Origin: an uncultured bacterium
GTDB taxonomy: Bacteria > Bacillota_I > Bacilli_A > RFN20 > CAG-826
Assembly: GCA_949284685.1 (NCBI GenBank)
Contig: CASDWE010000002.1
Span: 448,476 to 512,475 of the forward strand
Direction: 5' to 3'
DNA: 64,000 bases
The notes under the pieces are model-generated. The model had not been told where the DNA came from. It saw nothing but the letters and a program-made list of their open reading frames with translations, and made no database searches. Position numbers and translations under genes: made by a program. Of the stretch, positions 1-10,546 are shown one piece after another (position 1 is the stretch's first letter; each line of letters begins with the position of its first letter).

Positions 1-358
1 CGTTTCTTTCCTTGTTTAAAAATTTAAGTTGTTCTAATGGTTTTTTTATTATCACCAACACTCTTCTTTTAAAATCTTTTCCTAAATCATAATATTTTTT
101 TCTTAAAATATTTAAATCGATAACAGCATCTAAAATAACGGTGAAATCACCATCTTGTTTGCCATATTTAAGCAATCTATTTTCAAATTCCTGCCAAACT
201 TCATTTTGTTTAGAAAAATCTTGATATTGTCCAGTTAATTCATATCTGATATCGTCACTAGAAATAATGTATGTATTAGGGTGTGTTGTTTTATATTTAT
301 TTGCCCAGGTTGATTTTCCACTTCCAGGTACCGCACTTAAGATTATTAGTTGCTTCAT
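1..358 (-). CDS. P-loop NTPase/kinase (AAA_33-like), C-terminal part runs off the window start
   Basis: Minus-strand ATG at 358-356 gives MKQLIILSAVPGSGKSTWANKY..., which carries a Walker A motif (GSGKST); there is no stop before position 1. Confidence 0.5.
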   Translation of the reverse strand, partial: MKQLIILSAVPGSGKSTWANKYKTTHPNTYIISSDDIRYELTGQYQDFSKQNEVWQEFENRLLKYGKQDGDFTVILDAVIDLNILRKKYYDLGKDFKRRVLVIIKKPLEQLKFLNKERN

Positions 359-398
359 ACATCAAAAATTATAAATAAAATTGCTTTTAAATAAAATG

Positions 399-1976
399 CT
401 ATTTTATATATTTTTCTTCGTATAATTTTATGTCTTTGTAAATGTCTTTTAATCTAGGATACATTTTTTTATAGGCGTGATGATATAAGTAATGATAGTG
501 TTCAGCATTTTGTTTGTTAGGATAAAAAACTTTTCCTGGATGAACCATGGCTTTAACTGCTTCTTCTAAAGATGAAAATTCTTTTGCAGCGATAAAAGCC
601 GCAATAGCAGCGCCAAGTGAAGAAGTTTCATATGTTTGAACTCGATGTGTGGGCAAGTTAAATATATCCGCGGCAATTTGGCAAATTTCTTCACTTTGTG
701 AAGCACCACCAGATATCATTATTTTTTTAACTTTTTTATGTAATCTTTTTTCAATACCTTCTAAACCTCTTTTTAATTCATAATCAATGCCTTCAATTAT
801 CGCACGATATAAATGAGCTTTTGTATGCGTATCAGAAAAACCGATAACTGCACCGCGTGATAATGGTCTTCCTAATCCTGGTCCCCAATATGGTTGTAAT
901 ATTAATCCATTGCATCCAGGAGGAACATCATTTAAATGTGAATTTAAAATATCTTCAATTGGAATATTAGTTTCTTTTGATTCTTTTTTTTCACTTTGAG
1001 CAAATTGACTAGCAAACCAACCTAACATCCAATAACCTCGATAAACTTGAATTTCTAAATTGTAATAACCATTAATAACGCTTGGGTAAGCTGGCAAAAA
1101 TGGTTCAGGTGTGTGGTATTTTTTATTTGTAACTTCGATAGTGGATGCAGTTCCACAACTAACGGCACCAATATCATTATCAATTGCGCCAAGTCCTAGT
1201 GTTTCACAACTTTTGTCTGAGCCAATGGAATACATTTTAATTCCTTCAGGAATGCCAGTTAATTCACTTGCTTTTTTTGTGATAGTTCCAATAACATCGC
1301 CGCAAGGAACTATTTTACAAAGCATATTTAACTTAACTCCAAAAATTTGGCCCTGGAAATGTTTGTCGCTTTTATAAAATCTTCTTCTTTTAAAATCAGT
1401 AGGAAAATGTCCAGTATAATTAGAGATAGAATCCTTATATTCACCGGTAAGTTGATAAGTTAAATATGTGCTTACCGACATATATCTAGTTGCTTTTGCC
1501 CATATTTCTGGTTCGTTTTCTTTAATCCAATGAGCAGGGGTTCTTGCTCTATTTAAAAGTAATGTTTGATATTTACCAGCAATCCAAAATAACAAATTAG
1601 AATACCAAGAGATTTTTTCTGATGCTTTGGCTTGACGTTGATCTAACCATAAAATTGCAGGTCTTAAAGCATTCATATTATCATCACAAATAATTACAGA
1701 ATCTCTAAAACAATCAAGTGCAACACCGATTATATTTTTCTTTTGATTTTCATGTTTAGAAAATAATTTTTTACTAGCTTTACATAAACTTTCAAAATAG
1801 ACATTTGGATATTGTTCAGCATATCCAGGTTTTATAGAAAAATAGGGTTGATCGTATTTAACCTTTTCTAAACCAATAATTTCACCTTTTTTGTTTATTA
1901 GACCACAACGGATTGATTGTGTTCCAATATCTATTGTAAAAATTAATTTATCTTCCATACGCATTAATTTTAACAC
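399..1976 (-). CDS. FGGY-family carbohydrate kinase (glycerol kinase/xylulokinase-like)
   Basis: 525-aa ORF; the N-terminus FTIDIGTQSIRCGLI matches the FGGY N-terminal signature, and the protein has an actin-like ATPase C-half. The true start may be the third in-frame Met (MEDK). Confidence 0.7.
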   Translation of the reverse strand: MLKLMRMEDKLIFTIDIGTQSIRCGLINKKGEIIGLEKVKYDQPYFSIKPGYAEQYPNVYFESLCKASKKLFSKHENQKKNIIGVALDCFRDSVIICDDNMNALRPAILWLDQRQAKASEKISWYSNLLFWIAGKYQTLLLNRARTPAHWIKENEPEIWAKATRYMSVSTYLTYQLTGEYKDSISNYTGHFPTDFKRRRFYKSDKHFQGQIFGVKLNMLCKIVPCGDVIGTITKKASELTGIPEGIKMYSIGSDKSCETLGLGAIDNDIGAVSCGTASTIEVTNKKYHTPEPFLPAYPSVINGYYNLEIQVYRGYWMLGWFASQFAQSEKKESKETNIPIEDILNSHLNDVPPGCNGLILQPYWGPGLGRPLSRGAVIGFSDTHTKAHLYRAIIEGIDYELKRGLEGIEKRLHKKVKKIMISGGASQSEEICQIAADIFNLPTHRVQTYETSSLGAAIAAFIAAKEFSSLEEAVKAMVHPGKVFYPNKQNAEHYHYLYHHAYKKMYPRLKDIYKDIKLYEEKYIK

Positions 1977-2088
1977 TATATAAAAAATATGTAAGAAAAT
2001 TAATTGAGTATTTGTTTAAAAGAAATAAACATCAAAATGCAATAAATGTTTACTTTATAAGTAAAAATTTGTAATAATAATATAGATT

Positions 2089-2814
2089 ATGAAAAAATTA
2101 TCAGTTATTATCCCTTGTTATAATGAAGAAAAATGTATTGAACATAACATAAATGATATTGTTTTGCCTTGCCTAAAAAGCAAAAATATTGATTTTGAAA
2201 TAATATTGGTTAACGATGGCTCAAGCGATAATACTAAAGAAGTTATAACTAAAATGGACAATGTTATTAGTGTTACTTACGATGATAATCGTGGTAAAGG
2301 TTATGCAATTAGACAAGGAATTTTAGCTAGTAAAGGTTATTATGTCTTATTTATGGACGCTGACTTATCTACAGATTTAAAAGCTATTGATGTTGTTCTT
2401 GAAAATATTGATAAATATGATTTTATTATTGGTTCAAGACATTTAAAAGAAAGTGTCATACCACAAAAACAACCTCTAATAAGACAATTCGTGGGGTTTT
2501 GTTGTAGGAAATTAGTCAATGCTAAATTTGGATTTAAATTAAAAGATACTCAATGTGGTTTTAAAGCCATAAAAGGTGATATAGCTAGAGAAATGTCCTT
2601 AAAAACCATTATTGATCGTTTTGCTTTTGATGTCGAATATCTTTACTACGCTAAATTAAATAATTATTCGATTTTAGAATTTCCTGTTACTTGGATTAAT
2701 GATTTATCATCAACTGTAAAAATAGCTTCTTCATCAATGGATTTCTTAAAGGATATGTCTAGAATTAAATCCAATAAAAAAGAATATTTAGAAAGGGAAA
2801 ATGATGAAAAATAA
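2089..2814 (+). CDS. GT2 family glycosyltransferase (polyprenyl-phosphate sugar transferase-like, CsbB/GtrB type)
   Basis: SVIIPCYNEE, the DGSSD motif and a DAD-like motif in FMDADLS. Confidence 0.75.
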   Translation: MKKLSVIIPCYNEEKCIEHNINDIVLPCLKSKNIDFEIILVNDGSSDNTKEVITKMDNVISVTYDDNRGKGYAIRQGILASKGYYVLFMDADLSTDLKAIDVVLENIDKYDFIIGSRHLKESVIPQKQPLIRQFVGFCCRKLVNAKFGFKLKDTQCGFKAIKGDIAREMSLKTIIDRFAFDVEYLYYAKLNNYSILEFPVTWINDLSSTVKIASSSMDFLKDMSRIKSNKKEYLERENDEK

Positions 2815-3730
2815 GTTGCATTTTATTCCGCTAATTGCTGTCCCTATTATTGGATTAATTTTAGCTAGTTTTTTTGATTTACAAATCGCTCAAGGCATAT
2901 ATTTTAAAGATAATGGTTTTGGAATTGTAATGTCTGCATTTGGAGAATTGCCTATATATTTAGCTATTTCCGCAATCGGAGGTAGTTTTTTTTGTTTAGG
3001 TTTAAAACAAAATAAAATTGTATTTAAAATTCTTTTGATTGCATTAGGCGTTATTGCTTATGGTATATCCTGTTATTTTCAAGGAGAGCATATTATATCT
3101 AGAAATGCTTTCAATGTTGAATCGTGGTGGTATTTAGGTTATCCAATAGCAATGATTTTATGCGGTGTTGGTTTTATACTTGGTGTATTTTTAACAAAAA
3201 AAAGTGATAATCCTAATTTACTTAAAACTTTAATAATACTTTGTTTTGCAATTTTAATTCCAGTCTTAATTACTTTCATTTTAAAAGATATTATGTTAAG
3301 ACCTAGATTTCGTTTTTTAATTGGCGATATTCCTGGTCAAAGCAATAATCTTTTAAATGATTTTTGTTCTTGGTGGGAACGCGGTAATGAAATTGAATCT
3401 TATTGGATTGATGTTAACGAAGAATTTAAAGAGGAATTTGCATCATTTCCAAGTGGTCATACTAATTCAACCGCGTGTTGTGTCATATTTTTATCCTATT
3501 TAGGCCAATTCAATTCAAAATTTAAAAAATATCAAGTCCCTTTATTTTATGTTGGATTTTTGTGGACAATAATAATGGGATTTTCTCGCATGACAGTAGG
3601 AGCACATTTTTTAAGTGATGTTTGTATGGGAATGCTTATATCTTTTTTGGTTTTCTTATGCATTGATTTTATATTTTACAAAAATAAAAAAGAAAATGTT
3701 GTAACAAAGGAGGCATCAACAAATGATTAA
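2801..3730 (+). CDS. PAP2 superfamily membrane phosphatase
   Basis: Polytopic membrane protein carrying the three PAP2 motifs (KDIMLRPRF, PSGHT, SRMTVGAHFLSDV); overlaps the GT2 gene by 14 bp. Confidence 0.75.
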   Translation: MMKNKLHFIPLIAVPIIGLILASFFDLQIAQGIYFKDNGFGIVMSAFGELPIYLAISAIGGSFFCLGLKQNKIVFKILLIALGVIAYGISCYFQGEHIISRNAFNVESWWYLGYPIAMILCGVGFILGVFLTKKSDNPNLLKTLIILCFAILIPVLITFILKDIMLRPRFRFLIGDIPGQSNNLLNDFCSWWERGNEIESYWIDVNEEFKEEFASFPSGHTNSTACCVIFLSYLGQFNSKFKKYQVPLFYVGFLWTIIMGFSRMTVGAHFLSDVCMGMLISFLVFLCIDFIFYKNKKENVVTKEASTND

Positions 3731-5054
3731 ACAATTAGACAAAGGACTTTATTTATTAAATCAAAATAATTATGAACAAAGAATTTTTGAAGGGGAAATA
3801 CCTTTAACTAAAGGTATGTCTTATAATGCTTATGTAATTTTAGATGAAAAAACATGTTTATTAGACACTGCAGATGTCAGTGTGTTAGATGAATTTATTA
3901 ATAATCTAAAAACATGTTTAAATGGAAAGACATTAGATTATTTTGTTATTCATCATCTAGAACCAGATCACACTGCAGGAATTGTTGAAGTTTTAAAATT
4001 ATTTCCAGATGTAACTGTGTATATTTCTAGTTTAGGATATGCTTTGTTAAAACAATTTTTTCCAGAAGCTGATATTAAAAATTTGGTTCGTGTTAACGAA
4101 GGCGATAAATTAAATTTAGGTCATCACGAATTAACTTTTGTTAATGCACCTATGGTTCATTGGCCAGAAGTAGTAGTGTCATATGATGCATATATCAAAA
4201 CACTTTTCAGTGCTGACGCATTCGGGTCATTTACAGTTATTAATAATGTTGATTCATCTGAATATGAAGATCAAGATGAATTACTTTATGAGGAAAGAAG
4301 ATATTATACAAATATTGTCGGTAAATACGGCGATCAAGTCCAGGCTTTATTAAAAAAAGCGCTAACATTAGATATCAAACGATTTGCACCTTTGCACGGT
4401 CCAATTCATACATCTAGAATTCCAACATGTTTAAAATATTATGATTTATGGTCTAAATACGAAAAAGAAGAAGATGGTGTTTTGATTGTTTATTGTTCGA
4501 TTTATGGTCACAGTGTAAAAGCATATGATTATATAAATGATAAATTAACAAAAATGAACGTTAAACATGATGCAGTAAATTTAAATCATGATGATTTTTC
4601 AATAGCTTTAGCAAAATCTTTCATGTATGATTGCATTATTTTAATTGCACCAACTTTTAACATGGGATTATTTCCACTTATGCGTTCATATTTACTTGTC
4701 ATGCAAGATCATAATGTTAGAAACAAAACATTTGCACTAATTGAAAATGGTTCATGGGCACCACAGGCAAAATCTTTAATGGCAAAATTAATTAATACGT
4801 TTAAAAATTGTCAAACAATTCCAACAACTCTAACTATTAAATCTTCCTTAAAAAAAGAAGATTTGCCTATTTTAGATTCCATATGTGAAGAATTAGTGAA
4901 AGGAAATTCTGACAAAATAGATAAAAAAGCCTCAAATTTGCATCATTTTAGGTGTAAGTTGTGCGGTTTTATTTTAGAAGCAGAAAAACTTGATCCATCA
5001 TTTAAATGCCCGTTATGTGGAAAAGATTCTTCTTTTTTTGAAATGATTGATTAA
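3723..5054 (+). CDS. Flavodiiron protein (FprA-like metallo-beta-lactamase + flavodoxin-like domains) with C-terminal rubredoxin-like Cys4 domain
   Basis: HHLEPDH di-iron motif, a flavodoxin-like central region, and a C-terminal CKLCGF...CPLCGK motif. Confidence 0.65.
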   Translation: MIKQLDKGLYLLNQNNYEQRIFEGEIPLTKGMSYNAYVILDEKTCLLDTADVSVLDEFINNLKTCLNGKTLDYFVIHHLEPDHTAGIVEVLKLFPDVTVYISSLGYALLKQFFPEADIKNLVRVNEGDKLNLGHHELTFVNAPMVHWPEVVVSYDAYIKTLFSADAFGSFTVINNVDSSEYEDQDELLYEERRYYTNIVGKYGDQVQALLKKALTLDIKRFAPLHGPIHTSRIPTCLKYYDLWSKYEKEEDGVLIVYCSIYGHSVKAYDYINDKLTKMNVKHDAVNLNHDDFSIALAKSFMYDCIILIAPTFNMGLFPLMRSYLLVMQDHNVRNKTFALIENGSWAPQAKSLMAKLINTFKNCQTIPTTLTIKSSLKKEDLPILDSICEELVKGNSDKIDKKASNLHHFRCKLCGFILEAEKLDPSFKCPLCGKDSSFFEMID

Positions 5055-5073
5055 TATAAGGAGTTATTGTTAA

Positions 5074-6783
5074 ATGAGCGAAATTTATAAACCTTGGATT
5101 AAGTCTTATGGTGATAGTAGAGATACTTTAACTTATTTTGAAGGTTCGTATTGCGATATGGTTGAATTTATCGCTGATAAATATCCAAATGTTATTGCCT
5201 ATGAATTTATGGGCAAAAAAGTTAAATATAAAGATTTTAAAAAAGAAATTTACGAAGCCGCTTATGCATTAGCGAATTTAGGTATTAAGCAAGGAGATAA
5301 AGTTACTATTGCTATGCCAAATTGCCCAATGGGAATAATTGTTTTTTATGCATTAAATAAAATTGGTGCAATTTCAAATATGATTCATCCCTTATCTAGC
5401 CAAGGAGAATATGAATTTTATTTAAATTTTTCTAAATCAAAAGCACTACTTTGTTTAGATCAATTTTATGGCAAAGTTAAAGCGGTACGCCCTAATCTAA
5501 AATATCTCGAATATGTTATTGTTTCTTCAATAAAAGATGGTTTACCAAGTTTTATGAAACTTCCTTATGATTTAACTCTAGGGCGTAAAATTAAAAAAAT
5601 AGATAAAAGTGAAGATATTATTCGTTATAAAGATTTTATTAAAGGCGCTAAAAATGTGGGAGGATATATTTTCCCAAAATTAAATAGTGATGATGTTGGC
5701 ACAATATTATATAGTGGTGGTACAACCGGTACTAACAAAGGAATACTTCTTACAAATAAAAATTTTAATGCTTTGTCTCAACAAATCGTTGAAGTTGTTA
5801 AAGATTATGAAATTGGCGATGTGTTTTTAGCTGTTATGCCAATATTTCACGGCTTTGGTTTAGGTATTGCAATTCACACTATGTTATCTAATGGAGGCAC
5901 AGTTGTACTTGTTCCGAGATTTACTGCAGATAGTTATGCAAAATTAATTAAAAAAACACATCCTAATTTCATTGCTGGAGTTCCTTCTTTATATGAAGCG
6001 ATGTTGCGCACAAAATCTATGCAAGAAGCTGATTTATCTTGTCTTAAAGGAATTTTTAGTGGAGGAGATTCTTTATCGGTTGAATTAAAGAAAAAATTAG
6101 ATAATTTTTTATCCTCACACAAATCAAAAGTAACAGTTAAAGAAGGATATGGGATGACTGAATGTGTTACCGCTAGTTGTTTAACACCTATGTTTAAAGA
6201 AAAGGAAGGTAGTATTGGAATTCCATTACCTGATATGATTTATAAGATTTGCAAACCTGGTACAGATGAAGAATTGCCTTTCTATGAACAGGGTGAAATT
6301 TGTATAGCTGGTCCGACTGTGATGAAAGGATATCTTGATAATGAAAAAGAAACGCAAGAAACATTAAAAAAACATCGCGATGGACTTACTTATATTCATA
6401 GTGGTGATATTGGTTATATGGATGAAGAAGGCTATATTTATTTTGTCCAACGTTTAAAACGAATGATTGTTTCAAATGGATATAATATTTATCCAAGTCA
6501 AATTGAAAATATCATTGATAAAAATGAATTAGTCTCTATGTCATGTGTTATTGGTGTAAAAGATCCAATTAAAATGCAAAAAGTTAAAGCATTCATAATG
6601 CTTAAAAACGGCGTTGAAAAATCTGAGAAAACCAAACAGGAAATCATGGAATATTTAAGAAAATATATTGCAAAATACGCAATGCCATATGATATAGAAT
6701 TTAGAGATGAATTACCTAAAACTTTAGTGGGCAAAGTTGCTTATAGAATATTAGAAGAAGAGGAGTTAGCAAAAGAAAAATAA
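5074..6783 (+). CDS. Long-chain fatty-acid--CoA ligase (AMP-binding enzyme)
   Basis: YSGGTTGTNKG AMP-binding motif, a GYGMTE motif, and a C-terminal lysine region (LPKTLVGKV). Confidence 0.8.
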   Translation: MSEIYKPWIKSYGDSRDTLTYFEGSYCDMVEFIADKYPNVIAYEFMGKKVKYKDFKKEIYEAAYALANLGIKQGDKVTIAMPNCPMGIIVFYALNKIGAISNMIHPLSSQGEYEFYLNFSKSKALLCLDQFYGKVKAVRPNLKYLEYVIVSSIKDGLPSFMKLPYDLTLGRKIKKIDKSEDIIRYKDFIKGAKNVGGYIFPKLNSDDVGTILYSGGTTGTNKGILLTNKNFNALSQQIVEVVKDYEIGDVFLAVMPIFHGFGLGIAIHTMLSNGGTVVLVPRFTADSYAKLIKKTHPNFIAGVPSLYEAMLRTKSMQEADLSCLKGIFSGGDSLSVELKKKLDNFLSSHKSKVTVKEGYGMTECVTASCLTPMFKEKEGSIGIPLPDMIYKICKPGTDEELPFYEQGEICIAGPTVMKGYLDNEKETQETLKKHRDGLTYIHSGDIGYMDEEGYIYFVQRLKRMIVSNGYNIYPSQIENIIDKNELVSMSCVIGVKDPIKMQKVKAFIMLKNGVEKSEKTKQEIMEYLRKYIAKYAMPYDIEFRDELPKTLVGKVAYRILEEEELAKEK

Positions 6784-6858
6784 AATTAAATTATTCTTTT
6801 GTGCTGTGCTTTTATTAATAATTGTAATGATGAGTTCATCATTAGATAATAATTATAT

Positions 6859-8154
6859 ATGATTGCAAAAGTTAGACACATTGTCGATAAGAAACGTTTG
6901 ATGGCAAATTTGCCAACAGAAAGATATGTTGACCCTAAATATGTTTATATTGCCACGAACAATGCAAGATGTGATAAATCCGAATTATATATAAAAGTTG
7001 GTGATCACGTTAATTGTTTTCAAGTTATCGGAATGCGTTATGCAAAATATTTTGTTCAACCGATTCACGCAACTGTTTCTGGAACTTTTGTTGGCTTAGA
7101 AAAGCATTATCATCGTAACGGAAAATTAATTGATTTTATTAAAATTGAAAATGATTTTAAAGATACTTTTGATTCCTCTGTTAAAAAAAGAAGTGATGAA
7201 GAAATAAAAAAACTAACCAAAGAAGAAATGACTGAAATTTTAAAAAATTGTGCACTAGTGGGTTTGGGTGGTTCTTCTTTTCCTACTTATGTTAAGTTTC
7301 AAACTAATGAAAAAATCAATGTTATTTTAATAAACGCTATTGAATGTGAACCCTATATTACTAGCGACCAAAGAATTATGCGTGAATATCCAAATCGTAT
7401 TATTAAAGGAATTTTATATGCTCTACAAGCTTTTCAATGTGACAAAGCCTATATTTGTATAAAATCTAAATATAAACAACTTAAAGAAATCTATACTGAA
7501 GTATTAAAGCCATATCCACAAATACAATTAAAATGTGTGGGCAATTTTTATCCACAAGGGTGGGAAAAAGCAATGATTAAAAGTGCATTGCATATAACCT
7601 TAAAAGATAACGAATTGCCTATGCAAAGAGGGATTATGAATTTTAATGTTTCCACTATTGTTGGATTATATAAAGCTATTAGGTATAACATTCCAGTTGT
7701 AAAAAGAAATATAACAGTAACTGGTGATGGAATTATGTATCCAAAAAATTTTCGTATTAGAGTTGGAACCCCTGTAAAAGAATTGATTCAATTGTGTGGA
7801 GGTTATAAGGACCCTGAAAAGAATAAAATTATTATTTTAGGCGGACCAATGATGGGGGCGAGTATACCTAGTGATGATTGTATTATTACAAAAACTGTCA
7901 CATCTGTAATTATTTTAAATGATGTAGAAAATAAAGAAGAACAATGTATACGCTGTGGATCTTGTGTAATGAGTTGTCCTTGTCATTTGCAGCCTGTTCT
8001 AATTATGAATGCAGTAAAAGCAAAAGATAAAGAAAGAATTAAAACATTGAATCCTCTTAAATGTATAGAATGTGGATTATGTACGTATTCTTGCACAAGC
8101 AAAATACATGTATTAGATTATGTTAGAAAGGCGAAAATCTTTGCAAAACTATGA
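6859..8154 (+). CDS. rnfC: Rnf electron transport complex subunit C
   Basis: GLGGSSFPTYVK (NADH-binding 51K-like motif) and two 4Fe-4S motifs, CIRCGSCVMSCPC and CIECGLCTYSC. Confidence 0.85.
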   Translation: MIAKVRHIVDKKRLMANLPTERYVDPKYVYIATNNARCDKSELYIKVGDHVNCFQVIGMRYAKYFVQPIHATVSGTFVGLEKHYHRNGKLIDFIKIENDFKDTFDSSVKKRSDEEIKKLTKEEMTEILKNCALVGLGGSSFPTYVKFQTNEKINVILINAIECEPYITSDQRIMREYPNRIIKGILYALQAFQCDKAYICIKSKYKQLKEIYTEVLKPYPQIQLKCVGNFYPQGWEKAMIKSALHITLKDNELPMQRGIMNFNVSTIVGLYKAIRYNIPVVKRNITVTGDGIMYPKNFRIRVGTPVKELIQLCGGYKDPEKNKIIILGGPMMGASIPSDDCIITKTVTSVIILNDVENKEEQCIRCGSCVMSCPCHLQPVLIMNAVKAKDKERIKTLNPLKCIECGLCTYSCTSKIHVLDYVRKAKIFAKL

Positions 8155-9293
8155 TATTTGTTAAAAAATCATCTCCTTATATTACAAGAAAAGCTGATGT
8201 CAAAACAATGATGTTAGATGTTTTGATAGCTCTTTTACCGACTCTTATTTTTGCTTTTGTTGTTTATCAATTAAATGCCTTATATATTTTCTTGATATCC
8301 ATTTTTACAATGATATTAAGTGAATTTGTTTTTGTCGGTGTTACGCATATAATGCCTTATGATGGTAACAAACATAGTTTTAAAGAAAAGTTTAAATACG
8401 CTTATAAAAATTATAATATAAATAACATATTAGGTCCTCTTGTCAGCGGAGTTATTTATACTTTAATTATGCCAGCAGGTGCACCATTATACGCTGTATT
8501 TGTTGGGGCTCTTTTTGGTATTGTTGTTGGTAAACTTGTTTTTGGCGGTTTAGGTCATAATATATTTAATCCAGCAGCGGCTGGAATGTTATTTGCTAAA
8601 TTATGTTTCTCTTCTCAATACAATAATAATATTGAATCTTTTTATTTTACTATCCCAGGTTTATCGAGTGGAGGTAGTAGTGGTGATATCGCTGTTGGTG
8701 GTACCGCATTAGGCAATTTAACAAATGGTTATGAACACATTTATGATTATTCGTTACTAGATATGTTTTTAGGAAAAATGCCTGGCACTCTTGGTGAAGC
8801 ATTTACTATTACGATATTAATTGGTGCTATTTATCTTGTTATTAGAAGAAGTGCGGATTTCCGTATTATGTTAACTTATATAGTAAGTTTTGCACTAATG
8901 ATGTTGTTTGCTGGAATTTGTATTAATTCTTTAAATAATAAAATTGGTATTTTTGACTTTTTAGGTTTTGAGTTATTAGCAGGTGGTTTGTTCTTTGGGG
9001 CGGTCTTTATGTTAACAGATCCAGTTACTAGCCCAATTAATTTGCCAGGTAGAATGCTATATGCACTGATAGCAGCCATTATAACTGTTTATATTCGTTT
9101 ATTTGGTAGTTATCCAGAAGGCGTTGGTTTTTCTATTCTTATCGCTAATATGATGGTACCAGTAATTGAATATCCTAAATGGTCCAATCCAAAATTTACT
9201 ATTAAGAATGTGTCACTTATGGTTGGATTATTCGTTGTCTTTACATCTATTATGGTGCTAGTAATAATGTTTGGGGATAAAATAGCTTTATGA
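8151..9293 (+). CDS. rnfD: Rnf complex subunit D (NqrB/RnfD family)
   Basis: Polytopic membrane protein with a TDPVTSP motif; overlaps rnfC by 4 bp. Confidence 0.85.
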   Translation: MIFVKKSSPYITRKADVKTMMLDVLIALLPTLIFAFVVYQLNALYIFLISIFTMILSEFVFVGVTHIMPYDGNKHSFKEKFKYAYKNYNINNILGPLVSGVIYTLIMPAGAPLYAVFVGALFGIVVGKLVFGGLGHNIFNPAAAGMLFAKLCFSSQYNNNIESFYFTIPGLSSGGSSGDIAVGGTALGNLTNGYEHIYDYSLLDMFLGKMPGTLGEAFTITILIGAIYLVIRRSADFRIMLTYIVSFALMMLFAGICINSLNNKIGIFDFLGFELLAGGLFFGAVFMLTDPVTSPINLPGRMLYALIAAIITVYIRLFGSYPEGVGFSILIANMMVPVIEYPKWSNPKFTIKNVSLMVGLFVVFTSIMVLVIMFGDKIAL

Positions 9294-9829
9294 AAATAGA
9301 TAAAAAGAAATCTCTACATTATTTAAAAGTTAGTTTAGTGTTAGGTGGCATTGTTTCTATCAGTGCTTTGCTAATCTCCATTAGTTATATGATATGTCAG
9401 CCTGTAATTGAAGAAAATGAATATAAAAGATTAGTTCAATCATTAGCAAATATTTATGGAGAAGATAAAACCTATGAAGAAATAGGTTCAATAGATGATT
9501 CTTCTTACTCTTATTTAAACGCTTATTATAGTGCTAGAAAGGATGATGAAATTATTGGATATATTTTTTCTAGCGAAGGCAGCAATCAATATGGAAGTAT
9601 TTCTATGCTAACCGGCATTAATCCTAACGGCGAAGTCGATAAAATTTATTTATTAACTAATGATCAAACATATCCTGATAAAATTCAAAACGACTATGTT
9701 GACCCATTTAATAAAGGTGAAATATCTTTGGATGATATTTATATTGGTGCAACATTTGGTGCGGAATTAATTAAAAATATGGCCAATCAAGCTAGTCAGT
9801 ATTATATGGAGAACGTTTTAAAACAGTAG
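9290..9829 (+). CDS. rnfG: Rnf complex subunit G (FMN-binding domain)
   Basis: N-terminal TM anchor followed by an FMN-binding-like domain with a GAT motif (YIGATFGAEL). Confidence 0.75.
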   Translation: MKIDKKKSLHYLKVSLVLGGIVSISALLISISYMICQPVIEENEYKRLVQSLANIYGEDKTYEEIGSIDDSSYSYLNAYYSARKDDEIIGYIFSSEGSNQYGSISMLTGINPNGEVDKIYLLTNDQTYPDKIQNDYVDPFNKGEISLDDIYIGATFGAELIKNMANQASQYYMENVLKQ

Positions 9830-9832
9830 ATT

Positions 9833-10543
9833 ATGGAAAGAATTAAAAACAAAAAACTTCAAAATCTTTTTAAAGGAATCATCAAAGAGAATCCTTTATT
9901 TGTTTCTGTTTTAGGTACTTGTCCTGCATTAGCGACAACAACATCTATTGAGGGAGCAATCGGGATGGGGATATTATTTTCCATTGTCTTAATTTGTTCT
10001 AACATTTTGATATCGTTATTAAGGAAATTAATAAGTGAAGAAATCACTACTCCTGCTTACATAGTAGTGATTGCAGCATTTGTTACTATTGTTAAATTAT
10101 TTTCTAATGCCTTTTTGTTTGAATTATATTCCACTCTTGGAGTGTTTATTTCTTTGATAGTGGTGAACTGCATTGTATTAGGTAGGGCAGAAGCTTATGC
10201 AAGTAAAAATAATGTTTTAGATTCATTACTTGATGCAATTGGGATGGGAATTGGGTATACTTTAGCGTTATTAAGCATTTCTTGTATTCGTGAGATTTTA
10301 GGTTCTGGTATGATTAGTTTTGGCAAAATATTAACTTTCATACCACGTTTTGATATTCCAATTTTAAAATATGTTAATAGTTTAGGTGAAGTGGTTTATG
10401 ATTATTCAATTCCACTTTTTGTCCAGCCAAGTGGAGCTTTTATTGTTTTTGGCGTTATTCTTGCAATAATTAGTGCAATCACAAGTTTTAAAAATACTAG
10501 AAAGAAAATAAAAGAAAAAATAATGTTAAAGGAGGCGAAATAA
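9833..10543 (+). CDS. rnfE: Rnf complex subunit E
   Basis: NqrD/RnfE-type membrane protein (SVLGTCPALATT...LVVNCIVLGRAEA). Confidence 0.85.
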   Translation: MERIKNKKLQNLFKGIIKENPLFVSVLGTCPALATTTSIEGAIGMGILFSIVLICSNILISLLRKLISEEITTPAYIVVIAAFVTIVKLFSNAFLFELYSTLGVFISLIVVNCIVLGRAEAYASKNNVLDSLLDAIGMGIGYTLALLSISCIREILGSGMISFGKILTFIPRFDIPILKYVNSLGEVVYDYSIPLFVQPSGAFIVFGVILAIISAITSFKNTRKKIKEKIMLKEAK

Positions 10544-10546
10544 TAT

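Noticed and set aside
1111-1377. Many 60-130-aa ORFs on the strand opposite large genes (e.g. 1111-1377, 5934-6122, 8876-9079, 39747-39980, 42447-43013, 62346-62612)
   Set aside because: They lie wholly inside well-supported genes on the other strand, have low-complexity composition and no ribosome-binding sites; they are artefacts of AT-rich antisense frames
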